DNA of 64,000 bases from an uncultured delta proteobacterium (GTDB taxonomy: Bacteria > Desulfobacterota > Binatia > DP-6), in NCBI GenBank assembly GCA_963815115.1, contig CAWFFN010000005.1, positions 1,728,001-1,792,000 on the forward strand, in the 5' to 3' direction. Numbering within the stretch: the stretch's first letter is position 1; the number at the start of each line of letters is the position of its first letter. The translations under genes and the position numbers were made by a program. Shown here in pieces: positions 33,314 to 42,852 of this stretch. The notes beneath the pieces were generated by a model. The model searched no databases. It worked only from the letters and a program-made list of their open reading frames with translations, and was not told the DNA's origin.

Positions 33314-33721
33314 ATGATCGAGCGTATCCAGCCTTCTGGCCTGTTTCCCAGCGCCAAGCTCGGGTTCACCCAGGTGGTCGCGGCGTCACCGGGTCGTCTG
33401 ATCTGGATAGCCGGGCAGACCGCCTGCGACGAGCGCGGTCGCCCTGTCGGCGGCACCGATGTCGGCGCGCAGGCGGCCGCCGCGTTGCAGAATCTCGGGC
33501 AGGCGTTGGCTGCTGCCGGCGCCGGGCCGGCCGATGTCACGATGCTCAAGGTGTACGTCGTCGGCTTCAACCGCGACGTCGCCTCGCAGATCGCCCCGCG
33601 GGTCGCCGAGTTCTTTGCCGGCGTCGAGCCGCCCGCGTCGACCTGGGTGGGCGTCGAGGCCCTGATGCATCCCGACTTCCTCATCGAGATCGAGGCGGTT
33701 GCCGCGACCCCGGCCGAGTAG
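33314..33721 (+). CDS. RidA/YjgF-family protein
   Basis: IAGQTA, PPASTWVGVEAL, LIEIEAVA. Confidence 0.85.
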   Translation: MIERIQPSGLFPSAKLGFTQVVAASPGRLIWIAGQTACDERGRPVGGTDVGAQAAAALQNLGQALAAAGAGPADVTMLKVYVVGFNRDVASQIAPRVAEFFAGVEPPASTWVGVEALMHPDFLIEIEAVAATPAE

Positions 33722-33806
33722 CGACTACCAGAGATCCGGAGGTCCGCAGTCGAGGGCCAGGACGGCGGCAGCCACGGGACGCCGTCGAACGGAAGGAGAA
33801 GCACTC

Positions 33807-34571
33807 ATGATCGATCTCTACTACTGGCCGACGCCCAATGGCTGGAAGGTCAGCATCATGCTGGAGGAGTGCGCTCTCGCGTACCGCACGATTCCCGTCG
33901 ACATCGGCGGCGGCGATCAGTTCAAGCCCGAATTCCTCCGGATCAGCCCCAACAACCGCATGCCGGCGATCGTCGACCACGAGCCGGCCGGGGGCGGGCA
34001 GCCGCTCTCGCTCTTCGAGTCCGGAGCGATCCTCGAGTACCTCGCCGACAAGACCGGCAAGTTCCTGCCGCGATCGGGCGGCACGCGCTACGCGGTCCTG
34101 CAGTGGGTGCACTGGCAGATGGCCAATCTCGGCCCCATGATGGGCAACGCCAACCACTTCAAGAACTACGCGAAGCAGCTGGTCGACGACCCGCAGCAGC
34201 TCGCGTATGGCACCCGCCGCTTCGTCGGCGAGGTCGACCGTCTGTGCGGCGTGATGGACGCGCAGCTGTCCGCCAGTCGCCATCTCGCCGGCCCCGAGTA
34301 CACGATCGCCGACATCATCACGTGGCCCTGGGCCTCGCTGCTGGGACGGCTGATCGACGAGAACGTCTGGACGGCGTTTCCGAACCTCAAGCGCTGGGTC
34401 GACGAGGTCGGCGCGCGTCCCGCGGTGGCTAGGGGCCGCCAGCTTCACAGGGAGTGGGGCGAGCGCCAGCTGAGCGAGGAAGAGCAGCAGAGACGCAAGG
34501 AGCTCCTCTTCAACCAGACCAACGAGAAGGTGCGCGCTGCGCGGGAGGCGGCCGCGAAGGCCGCGCCGTAA
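33807..34571 (+). CDS. Glutathione S-transferase (YfcG/YghU-like)
   Basis: MIDLYYWPTPNG, ISPNNRMPA, FESGAIL, YTIAD; RBS AAGGAG. Confidence 0.9.
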   Translation: MIDLYYWPTPNGWKVSIMLEECALAYRTIPVDIGGGDQFKPEFLRISPNNRMPAIVDHEPAGGGQPLSLFESGAILEYLADKTGKFLPRSGGTRYAVLQWVHWQMANLGPMMGNANHFKNYAKQLVDDPQQLAYGTRRFVGEVDRLCGVMDAQLSASRHLAGPEYTIADIITWPWASLLGRLIDENVWTAFPNLKRWVDEVGARPAVARGRQLHREWGERQLSEEEQQRRKELLFNQTNEKVRAAREAAAKAAP

Positions 34572-34719
34572 CCACCGCCTGCGACCCGGGCCATCCGTCC
34601 GCCGTCAGCCTGCCCTGGGTGTGCCACGCCCCGGTGACAGTGCAAACTCGATGCTGCTCAAGCGAGACCCGTAGGGCGCTTGGGCGAGCGTCCCGCGGCA
34701 ACTCGCGCCGCCCGGCGCC

Positions 34720-34735
34720 CGGCACCGTCCTTGCT
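34720..34735 (+). promoter_or_regulatory. Sigma54 promoter
   Basis: CGGCACCGTCCTTGCT matches GGCAC-N5-TTGC. Confidence 0.65.
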
Positions 34736-34778
34736 CCGTCCGTACTCGACCCTCGACAGGAGGGCGAAGGAGCAGTCG

Positions 34779-35009
34779 ATGACGACCCAAATCGCCGTAT
34801 CGCTTGCCACGTCGACCGCCGCGCGGATGGATGCAGTCGACGCGCTGGCCCTGCTGGCCGCCATCCTCGTCGCCGTCTCGGTCGTCGGTGGCCTCGTGGC
34901 CTCGATGCTGTTCGACCCCTCGGCACCACGCCCGTATCGCCTCTCCGCCACTGCTCCGCGCAGCGCTCCCCGGCTGTCCGCGAACCAGGACGTTTCGCAG
35001 GCAGCCTGA
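34779..35009 (+). CDS. Small (76 aa) single-TM hypothetical protein
   Basis: RBS AAGGAG; sigma54 motif upstream; TM ALALLAAILVAVSVVGGLVASML. Confidence 0.55.
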   Translation: MTTQIAVSLATSTAARMDAVDALALLAAILVAVSVVGGLVASMLFDPSAPRPYRLSATAPRSAPRLSANQDVSQAA

Positions 35010-35103
35010 ACGCGCGCACGCCCTGGCGCGCTGCGCAACTTGGCCGGCTCTGATCCTCGGCAGCGTGCTCGGCGCGAAGACTCGGAGGTCGGCCAGTCGA
35101 GTC

Positions 35104-35769
35104 TCAGCTCTCCGGCCGAGCGCTTCCCAATCCGAGCTGCGCGAACGCGCTCGTGCGGACGCCGCGGCGGAGCGGGACACACTCGTCGGGGAATTCCTGA
35201 ACCACCTTGGCTCCCATGGCGTCGAGCCCGTCGAGGAACTCGGGCAGGTGATCCATCGCTCCGGTTGGCAGATCGTGGATGACCACGACCGACCACGGCC
35301 GGGTGGCGACGTCGTGGAGACACGTTCTCACCCAGCCGGCGGGCTGCTCCCAGTCCCTCGGCACCGAATTCCAGAGGACGCAGGTGAACTGCCCCTCCTC
35401 CAGACGACCGAGCGCGTGGGGTCCCAGGAGCCGCGCGTCGACGATCCCGCCACGGCCAAACGGCCGAAAGAGGCGATCGGGGTGCGAGAGATCGCCGATC
35501 AGCTCCTGCGTCTCCGCGATCTGTCGATCGACGGCACCGGGGTCAGCGAGCTCCGCCAGCGGGATCGAGTGCGTGAGGGTGTGGTTGCCGATCCAGTGCC
35601 CCTCCGCGGCGGCGCGCCGTGCGATCGGCTGCGTGCCCGAGACCCGTAGCTGCCGTCCGACGACGAAGAACGTCGACCGGATCGCGCGCTCGCGCAGCAC
35701 GTCGAGCACCCGGGGCGTGACCTCGCGCGTCGGCCCGTTGTCGAAGCTGAGCGTCACCTTGGCGGTCAC
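35104..35769 (-). CDS. Polysaccharide deacetylase (NodB family)
   Basis: LSFDNGP, GNHTLTH, FRPFG, VIHD; start approximate. Confidence 0.8.
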   Translation of the reverse strand: MTAKVTLSFDNGPTREVTPRVLDVLRERAIRSTFFVVGRQLRVSGTQPIARRAAAEGHWIGNHTLTHSIPLAELADPGAVDRQIAETQELIGDLSHPDRLFRPFGRGGIVDARLLGPHALGRLEEGQFTCVLWNSVPRDWEQPAGWVRTCLHDVATRPWSVVVIHDLPTGAMDHLPEFLDGLDAMGAKVVQEFPDECVPLRRGVRTSAFAQLGLGSARPES

Positions 35770-35899
35770 CGTGCATCTCCCGACGTCCCCGACGCGCGCG
35801 CCGTGACGATCCCGCGCATCAGGAAGTCTGCCACCTGACACGTGTCCAATTCTGTGGCAAGCGGGTCCGTAGATCATTCCAACCCAGGGGGTGGCAGCA

Positions 35900-36607
35900 A
35901 TGGGTCTTGCCAACGGCGTTCATCATCTCGCGATCGCGACGCGCGACGCGAAGGCGCAGATCGAGTTCTTCACGCAGGTCTGCGGCATGGAGCTCGTCGC
36001 CCTGTACTGGATGCACGGCGTCGAGAACACGGTCCACGCGTTCCTGCGGCTCGACGATCGCTCGTCGCTCGCCCTGGTGCAGGCACCGGAGATGCAGTCC
36101 ATCGAGCCCGCGCTCGGCGTCTCCCGCCCGGGCTTCCCGGCGGGAAACGTGGCTGGCGGCGCCATGCAGCACGTCGCATTCAACGTCGACTCCGAGGCCG
36201 ATCTCCTCGCCATGCGGGACCGCTTGCGTACCCACGGGCACTTCGTCATGGGCCCGATCGATCACGGCATGTGTCACTCGATCTACGCCACTGCCCCCGA
36301 AGGCGTCATGATCGAGTTCTCCACCAGCGCTGCACCCATCGACGCCGACCAGTGGCTCGACCCGGAGGTCGCCGCGCACTGCGGCATCGACGCGACCGAC
36401 CTGGCTCGCTACCGGCGGCCGGCGGGCTTCCGCTCGAGGGGCGGCACCGTGCCGCAGCCCGATCCGCACGCCAGGCCGAACTTCGTGTTCCCCGACGACT
36501 GGAAAAAGCGTGGCGAGGCGCTCCTCCACATGACGGACGAGGAGATCGCGGCGGCGCTCAGCGTTCCGACGCCACCGGTGCCGAAGAAGCGCGCGGCGAA
36601 CGGCTGA
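35900..36607 (+). CDS. VOC/glyoxalase-family protein
   Basis: GVHHLAI, MQHVAF, DHGMCHSIY, IEF. Confidence 0.8.
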   Translation: MGLANGVHHLAIATRDAKAQIEFFTQVCGMELVALYWMHGVENTVHAFLRLDDRSSLALVQAPEMQSIEPALGVSRPGFPAGNVAGGAMQHVAFNVDSEADLLAMRDRLRTHGHFVMGPIDHGMCHSIYATAPEGVMIEFSTSAAPIDADQWLDPEVAAHCGIDATDLARYRRPAGFRSRGGTVPQPDPHARPNFVFPDDWKKRGEALLHMTDEEIAAALSVPTPPVPKKRAANG

Positions 36608-36670
36608 CGCTTTCCCGCGACCCAAGGCCGGCCTGCGGGCGCCCGGCCACGCCGCGCGCGAGCGAACCGC

Positions 36671-37639
36671 TCACCACCGGCGCAGGAGGTTCTCCGCGCC
36701 GGTGGTGAGCTCGCGGACGATGTCTCCGGCCGGCGCGACGCCGCGAACCGCTGCCACCGACTCGCCGGCGTAGAGAGCCATTGCCGCGATCGTCCCGGTG
36801 GTCGCGCGGGTGGGGCAGGGGACGGCAAAGCGGGGCAGTGGCTGGCGGATGCCGGCGAGTTCCAGCTCGCCGACGATCTCACCGCCGTGCGCCTCCGCCG
36901 CCGCGACGGCCGAGCGCAGCACGCGGTGCGGCGCATCGGGCCACATCACCGAGAAGCGCTCGGTCAGGACCGTGTCTTCCGACCGCGCACCCACGAGGGC
37001 GGCGACGTATTCGGGATGCGCGTCGGCCTCGGCGGCGGCGACGAAGCGCGTGCCCACGCGAACCGCGTCCGCGCCGGCAGCGAGCGCCGCGGCCATGGCG
37101 CGCGGGGTGCCGATGCCTCCGGCCGCGACCACCGGGACGTCGACGGCTTCGAGGACCGCGCCCAGCAACGGCAGCAGCCCGATGCGTCCCCGCACGTGTC
37201 CCCCGGCCTCGGAGCCCTGGGCAACGACGAGGTCGCATCCCGCACGCGCGGCGGCGATCGCCTCCTCGACCGATCCGACCTGCCAGCACGCGAATGCGCC
37301 GCCCGCATGGACGGCGTCGACGAGACCCTCGTCCGGCTCGCCGTAGAAGAACTCGACCAGCCGTGCCCGAGTCGCCGCTACGGCGACCGCCTGCCGGTCG
37401 AGAAAGGGCATGAGGAAGTTGACCCCGAACACTCCCCTGGTGCGGGCGGCGAGGGTATCGAGCATCTCGGCGAGGACAGGCGGTGGCACCATCACGCCTC
37501 CGAGCATTCCGAGGCCCCCCGCGTCCGCAACCGCAGACGCGAGCGGCAGGGTTGCGACGGCGCCCATCCCTGCCTGCTGGAGGGGGACGGAACAGCCGAG
37601 GAGCGTCGTGAAGCGGGTCTTCAACATCGGGGTGCTCAC
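36671..37639 (-). CDS. Nitronate monooxygenase / FabK-like FMN enzyme
   Basis: QQAGMG, QGSEAGGH, VAAGGI, VGTRF. Confidence 0.85.
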   Translation of the reverse strand: MSTPMLKTRFTTLLGCSVPLQQAGMGAVATLPLASAVADAGGLGMLGGVMVPPPVLAEMLDTLAARTRGVFGVNFLMPFLDRQAVAVAATRARLVEFFYGEPDEGLVDAVHAGGAFACWQVGSVEEAIAAARAGCDLVVAQGSEAGGHVRGRIGLLPLLGAVLEAVDVPVVAAGGIGTPRAMAAALAAGADAVRVGTRFVAAAEADAHPEYVAALVGARSEDTVLTERFSVMWPDAPHRVLRSAVAAAEAHGGEIVGELELAGIRQPLPRFAVPCPTRATTGTIAAMALYAGESVAAVRGVAPAGDIVRELTTGAENLLRRW

Positions 37640-37709
37640 GTAAGGCTGCCGGTGGGTTTCTGCAAGCCGGGTCCGTGGCGCACGACGACATTCCGTATGT
37701 GAGGTCGTC

Positions 37710-37868
37710 CTATCCGCCGTCAGGTTGCCGGTCCAGGCGACGCAGGTGATCGTTCAGCACGTCGCCAAAGCGATCGAGTACGAAGTCGGCAAGCACCCAG
37801 CGAAGGCCCCAGACCACCATTCCGAAGAGTCCGGTCGCGACGACTCCATGCCACCAGGAGGAGAACAT
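37710..37868 (-). CDS. Small (52 aa) membrane hypothetical protein
   Basis: MFSSWWHGVVATGLFGMVVWGLRWVLADFV...; RBS GAGGTG. Confidence 0.4.
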   Translation of the reverse strand: MFSSWWHGVVATGLFGMVVWGLRWVLADFVLDRFGDVLNDHLRRLDRQPDGG

Positions 37869-37978
37869 CAACACCTCACCCGTGCCCACGGTAGCGGGTC
37901 CGCCGGACCGATCAATGGGCCGCCGGCGGTCGCGCGACCGGGTACGAGTTCCATCGCGACTCCTCGTGTGTAACGTGG

Positions 37979-38752
37979 CTAGCTCTTCGCCGCGGTCTCC
38001 GGCAGCAGGTCCTCGTCCCACCGCTCCACGCCCTCGGGCGTGCGACCATCGAGCAGGGACGCGACCGCCAGAAGGGCGCGGAGCGCGTCGCCGACCGGAA
38101 AATGGAAGGCTTCCCAGTGCTCGCTGTCCTCGCCATCGTGGTTCGGGATGACGTGATCGAAGAGGTGCGCGAAGCGGAGCTCCGCGTACGCGCTGCGACA
38201 CCGCCGCTCGACCTCCTCCAGGTCCGGCAGGGAGAGCGCGCCCTTCTGGCGCGACATCCGCCGGAGTAGTTTGCGGCGCATGACGTCGGCGACGAGGGCG
38301 GGAAGGGAAACCGCCGGCTGGTCGCGGAGCGACAGGATCTCGGCGCGGCCGAGCGGAGCGACGAACATGCTCAAGCGAGGCACGGCCTGGAGTCGCTCGT
38401 GCGTGAGCAAGAGCCGGGCGACGAAGGGATTTCCCTCGAAGAAGGCGTCGCCCTTCGCGAGCAGTGCGTCCAGGTCGTTCAGATCGAGGGCCTGGAGGTC
38501 GCCGCGGACGTCCATCACCACGTAGCGAGCAGTGTCGGCGCCCAGGCCCCCGATCTGCTCGCGGGAGCGGAAGTGGTAGTCGACCCCGTTCGCCTCCCCC
38601 GGCCTGGGGTTCCGCGAGTTGTAGAGTACGATGGGTTGGAGGCGTCCCGAGAGCGCCGGGTGGAAGCGCGCGAGGGCCTTCGCCAGCGGACTCTTCCCCA
38701 CGCATGAGGGTCCGGCGAGGATGACGAGGCGTCCGGTCATGTGCTCGGCCAT
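37979..38752 (-). CDS. Guanylate-kinase-like P-loop protein (divergent)
   Basis: LAGPSCVGKS, SRNPRPGEANGVDYHF, FDHVIPN. Confidence 0.75.
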   Translation of the reverse strand: MAEHMTGRLVILAGPSCVGKSPLAKALARFHPALSGRLQPIVLYNSRNPRPGEANGVDYHFRSREQIGGLGADTARYVVMDVRGDLQALDLNDLDALLAKGDAFFEGNPFVARLLLTHERLQAVPRLSMFVAPLGRAEILSLRDQPAVSLPALVADVMRRKLLRRMSRQKGALSLPDLEEVERRCRSAYAELRFAHLFDHVIPNHDGEDSEHWEAFHFPVGDALRALLAVASLLDGRTPEGVERWDEDLLPETAAKS

Positions 38753-38768
38753 ACGGCCGCAGAGGATT

Positions 38769-39710
38769 TCAGGCGGATGCCGCAGGCGCCAGCCGGACCG
38801 GCGCCCCGGGCCCCCGCAGCTCCTCCTGCGACGCGGCCCAGTATTTCTCGCAGCGGGCCCCGATCTGGGACGCTTTCTCCGCGAAGAGGCGCATGCCGAG
38901 AGGCCTTGCGGCGGCCTCGAGGTGTGTTTGGTGGCGATCGACCAGCGCAAGGAACGAGCCCATGGAGCCTCCGTCACCGCCGGCGGCCGCGAGGCCGGCC
39001 AGTTTGTCGCGCAACACCGCCATGTCGTGATGCAAGCCGAGCAGCTCGCCGAGTGCGTTCGCGGTTTTCGCGCGAGCGTCGAACGCCGCGTCCCAGAGCG
39101 GCGAGAGAAGCTGGACGTGGTACCAGTGGTATTTCACGCTCTTGCGCCACTCGTGGAAGTGCTCGGCGCTCGGTTCCCGGTAGGCCGCTGCCAGTGCCTT
39201 CCGTGCTCGCCGGTAGGTGCGCTCGAAGCCGACGCGCCAGACCTCCGGAACCGCAGCGTCGTCGAGTGGCCAGGCGGGGACACGTTCGCGAGCGATTTCC
39301 ATCCGATTGCGAACGTCCGCCAGCCGTTCCTCGACCCTGCTCCGGTGGCGGCCTCGCTTCACGAGCCGCCGGCGGAGCGGTTCGAACGTCGCGCGGTCGA
39401 CCTCGCCGTCGAAGTGCTCAACCACCGCATCGTAGGCAGCCACGACGGCGTGCAGATCGCGCAGGGGAGCGAGCACCTTCGCCACGTCCCGAAAGAACTC
39501 GTTCTCCGGCGCGTATCCGTCCTGGAGGCAGGGGCGGACCAGGCGGACCAGCGCGCGGAGCTTCTTGCAGCGCTTGCGGATGGAATGGACGCCCTCGAGG
39601 TTGGGTGTGGGCCGTGCGCTGCAATCCGCCACGGCACCGTCGATCAGCTCGAGGGCGATCCTCCGGATGTCCTCTCCGAAGGGGACGCCGGGTAAGATCC
39701 GAAAAGACAT
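38769..39710 (-). CDS. CHAD-domain protein
   Basis: VHSIRKRCKKLRA, FHEWRKSVK, LGELLGLHHD. Confidence 0.88.
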   Translation of the reverse strand: MSFRILPGVPFGEDIRRIALELIDGAVADCSARPTPNLEGVHSIRKRCKKLRALVRLVRPCLQDGYAPENEFFRDVAKVLAPLRDLHAVVAAYDAVVEHFDGEVDRATFEPLRRRLVKRGRHRSRVEERLADVRNRMEIARERVPAWPLDDAAVPEVWRVGFERTYRRARKALAAAYREPSAEHFHEWRKSVKYHWYHVQLLSPLWDAAFDARAKTANALGELLGLHHDMAVLRDKLAGLAAAGGDGGSMGSFLALVDRHQTHLEAAARPLGMRLFAEKASQIGARCEKYWAASQEELRGPGAPVRLAPAASA

Positions 39711-39714
39711 CGCC

Positions 39715-39741
39715 CCGTAACCTATCTGTAACAGCCGTCAC
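39715..39741 (-). promoter_or_regulatory. Possible Pho-box/OmpR-family direct repeat upstream of CHAD
   Basis: Minus strand CTGTTACAGATAGGTTAC; GTTAC repeated at 11-bp spacing. Confidence 0.35.
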
Positions 39742-39853
39742 ATCAAGCGCCGGTGTTGCGGGGGGTGGGTCGGCGTGGCGGCTTCGAATGCGCATCGAGC
39801 CGGTGGCGTTCGTGGGCATGTGGGTCCCTGCGGGCGCCGCTCACCCGGGCTGA

Positions 39854-40234
39854 TCAGCGCTCGATGACGTGTGCGATCTGCCAGACATTCTCGAACGGGT
39901 CACGGACCATCGCCCGCCGATCGCCGTAGAGAGTGTCGAGGGGCTTCTCGAGCGAAACCGCCCCGGCCGCGATCGCGCGGTCATAGGCCGCGTCCGCGTC
40001 GTCGACGTAGACGTAGAGGAAGGCGGGAAAGAGCTCTCGGCCGCCGGAGGCCGCCGTCACCATGACGAGAGAATCGCCGATCCGCATCTCGGCGGGCCGG
40101 TCGGCGTGGGGCTCACCGGTGGCCTCGAAGACCGAACGGAGGAAGGCAACCTGCGCAGCGACGTCGGTGACCACAATGCGCGGGGTGACCGAGTGGAAAC
40201 CTGCGCGGGGAGCGGCGGCGCTTCTCATGTCCAT
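39854..40234 (-). CDS. VOC/PhnB-like glyoxalase family protein
   Basis: SVTPRI, AEMRIGDSLVM, YVYVDDAD, YGDRRAMVRDPF. Confidence 0.85.
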   Translation of the reverse strand: MDMRSAAAPRAGFHSVTPRIVVTDVAAQVAFLRSVFEATGEPHADRPAEMRIGDSLVMVTAASGGRELFPAFLYVYVDDADAAYDRAIAAGAVSLEKPLDTLYGDRRAMVRDPFENVWQIAHVIER

Positions 40235-40589
40235 CCCTCCACGTGGTCGGCGGCCGGGGCTACTTTGTAGGCCCCGACGCTTTGCCGGGTCAACGAGATC
40301 GACCGAGCCGAAGCAGCGCTCATCGGCCCGGCGGGTGCGCTCGCCGGGCCGCGAGCGGCGTTGACGTGGGCCGAACAGTCGGGATAGGGGGCAGCGGTCA
40401 GGTACATCGGAAGCTGTCCAAACGACTCGCGCGAGAGGACCGGATGCGGGGCCTGTCCATCGTCAGCGACCTTCCGGCGGCAAGCGTTCGTGCCGATGCT
40501 TCGGCTGCCGTCCACCCTTCCATCGGCGCCACGACCCGACCGACCGACAGGCTCGACATCCCCTAGAGAAGACTGCGCGGAGGGAGCGC

Positions 40590-41438
40590 ATGCCAGCCAG
40601 GGATCTGCGGGGAGCCCCACTGGCCGAACGCGTCGCCATCGAGGAACGGCTCTGGGACAAGGTCCGGGACGAGACCTTTGCCGACCGCTCCATGCTGCAG
40701 CTCACCCATCCTTCGTACGAGAGCCTGTTCACCGCCTATCCGGAGTACCGCCACATCCACGAGTTCTTCGGACCGTCGGTGGCCGGCCGGCACGTCCTCG
40801 AGGTCGGGTGCGGCTCGGGGGTGGTGAGCGTCGCCCTCGCCAACAGCGGTGCACGGGTGACCGCGGTCGACGTCTCCACCAGCGCGCTGCGGGTGACGCG
40901 CGAGCGGGCAGCGTTCTTCGGCGTTGGCGATCGGGTGACGACGGTGCAGAGTCCCGCGGAGCTTCTGGAGCTGCCCGCGCGCAGCATCGATCTGTTCTTC
41001 GCGAAGAGCGTCGTACACCACCTGATCATCGCCGACGTGATGCCGCGGGTGCGGCGCTTCCTCGTGCCGGGCGGCCGAGGCGCGATCTTCGAGCCGCAGA
41101 GCAATCCGGTCCTCGATTTCGCCCGCGAGCACCTGCCGTATCCGGGAAAGGTGGGTGACGAGCACGGCACCGACGAGTTCTTCACTCCGGCAATGATCCG
41201 GGAGATTCTCGACCACTTCGACTACGGGGATTCTCGCGGGTTCCGGCTGCTCGGGATGCTGTGGAAGTTCGTGTCGCCCCCGGGCCACGGCTTCGAGGCC
41301 CGGCTTCGGCAGGAGCGCTGGAGCGCTCGCTACCGCGGCCTCGTCGACCCGATCGACGACGTGCTCTTCCGCCTCGCGCCGCCCCTTCGCCGGCTCGCTC
41401 AGACGGTGGTGCTACGCTTCGGCTGCACCGCGAGCTGA
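40590..41438 (+). CDS. Class I SAM-dependent methyltransferase
   Basis: VLEVGCGSG, AVDVS, VHHL, LVPGG. Confidence 0.85.
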   Translation: MPARDLRGAPLAERVAIEERLWDKVRDETFADRSMLQLTHPSYESLFTAYPEYRHIHEFFGPSVAGRHVLEVGCGSGVVSVALANSGARVTAVDVSTSALRVTRERAAFFGVGDRVTTVQSPAELLELPARSIDLFFAKSVVHHLIIADVMPRVRRFLVPGGRGAIFEPQSNPVLDFAREHLPYPGKVGDEHGTDEFFTPAMIREILDHFDYGDSRGFRLLGMLWKFVSPPGHGFEARLRQERWSARYRGLVDPIDDVLFRLAPPLRRLAQTVVLRFGCTAS

Positions 41439-41451
41439 CGGAGCTGTGGTC

Positions 41452-42852
41452 CTATCGCACGGACTGCGCCGGTACATTCGAGAAGAGCGGGCCGAGTCCC
41501 TCCGCCATCGTGGGGTGCGTGAGGACGGCGTCGCGGAGCTTCGGATAGGGGAGGTCGGCCAGCATCGCCGTTTGCACGGCGGCCAGGACCTCACCGGCAT
41601 CGGTGCCAATCATCGTGAAGCCGAGAATGCGGTCGTCACTCCCGCCGACGAGCGCCTTCATGAAGCCGAGCTTTTCGCCGGTCGTGCCGGCCCGCAGCAC
41701 GGCGCTGATGGGCAACCTGGCGACGCGCACGGGGACGCCGTGGCTGCGCGCTTCGACTTCGCTCAGTCCCACGTGGGCGAGTGGAGGGTCCGTGAACATG
41801 CAGTATGGAACCAGGCGATCGCGCGTGCTGCGCTTCGCTCCGGCCAGATTGTCCCGAATGATCCGAAAATCGTCCTCGGACACGTGCGTGAACTGTGGGC
41901 TGCCGGCGCATTCACCGATGGCCCAGACCTCGGGCGCGCTCGTCTCCAGCCGCTCGTTGACGCGAATGTAGCCGCGACCGTCCAGCTCGACGCCCGCCTC
42001 CTCGAGCCCGATCCCGGCGGTGTTCGGAATGCGCCCGACCGCGACCAGGAGGTCGCTGCCCTCGATGGTTCGCTCGCCGGAAGTCGTGCGCACGACGAGG
42101 CGGACTTCCTTCCCGGATCGGCCGTCCACCTGGAGGGTCTCGGCCGCCACGAAAAACTGGACACCCTCGTCGCCGAGGATGCGCTGCAGCTCATCCGAGA
42201 CGTCGGGATCCTCCCGGTCCATGAGCTGCGGCCCCTGCTGGATGACCGTCACGCGGCTACCGAAGCGGCGGTAGGCCTGCGCGAATTCGAGACCGACATA
42301 GCCACCTCCGAGCAGGATGAGGTGTGATGGCAGGTAGTCGAGCTCCAGCGCCTCGATGTTCGTGAGCGGTCGCGCGGCTTCGAGGCCTGGAACGTTCGGA
42401 ATTGCCGCGTGCGTTCCAACGTTGAGGAACACCTTGTCGCCCGCCAGCACGCGCGTCCCGCCGTCATTCAGGTGAACCTCGAGCGTTCTAGGCGCGACGA
42501 AACGCCCGGACCCCATGATCAATTCGGTGCCGCTCGTCCTGTAGTTGTGCAAGTGCATGGCGATCAGGTCGTCGACCATGTCGCGCTTGCGCTGGCGAAC
42601 CCTCGCCATGTCGATCGCGGCGGGCCCGGTCATCGTGCCGAACTGCGCGGCGTGCTGCACCAGGTGTGCGACCTTGGCGCTCCAAATCTCGTTCTTGGTG
42701 GGCAGGCAGTTGACGTTGGGACAGGAACCCCCGATCCACCGGCGCTCCACGACGGCGGTCCGTCGCCCGGATCGCGCCATGTGCCAGGCCAGGAGCTTGC
42801 CACCGGCTCCGCTGCCCAAAATCAGGATTTCATACCGTTCCGCCTGAGCCAT
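41452..42852 (-). CDS. Pyridine nucleotide-disulfide oxidoreductase (RclA/MerA-like, no C-terminal Cys pair)
   Basis: GGSCPNVNCLPTK, GGGYVGLE, GRIPN, THPTMAE. Confidence 0.88.
   Translation of the reverse strand: MAQAERYEILILGSGAGGKLLAWHMARSGRRTAVVERRWIGGSCPNVNCLPTKNEIWSAKVAHLVQHAAQFGTMTGPAAIDMARVRQRKRDMVDDLIAMHLHNYRTSGTELIMGSGRFVAPRTLEVHLNDGGTRVLAGDKVFLNVGTHAAIPNVPGLEAARPLTNIEALELDYLPSHLILLGGGYVGLEFAQAYRRFGSRVTVIQQGPQLMDREDPDVSDELQRILGDEGVQFFVAAETLQVDGRSGKEVRLVVRTTSGERTIEGSDLLVAVGRIPNTAGIGLEEAGVELDGRGYIRVNERLETSAPEVWAIGECAGSPQFTHVSEDDFRIIRDNLAGAKRSTRDRLVPYCMFTDPPLAHVGLSEVEARSHGVPVRVARLPISAVLRAGTTGEKLGFMKALVGGSDDRILGFTMIGTDAGEVLAAVQTAMLADLPYPKLRDAVLTHPTMAEGLGPLFSNVPAQSVR

Noticed and set aside
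35837-35848. Short palindrome GACACGTGTC between the divergent deacetylase and VOC genes
   Set aside because: Too short to distinguish from chance and no adjacent regulator
41452-42852. merA mercuric reductase
   Set aside because: No C-terminal Cys-Cys pair, no N-terminal HMA domain, no mer operon
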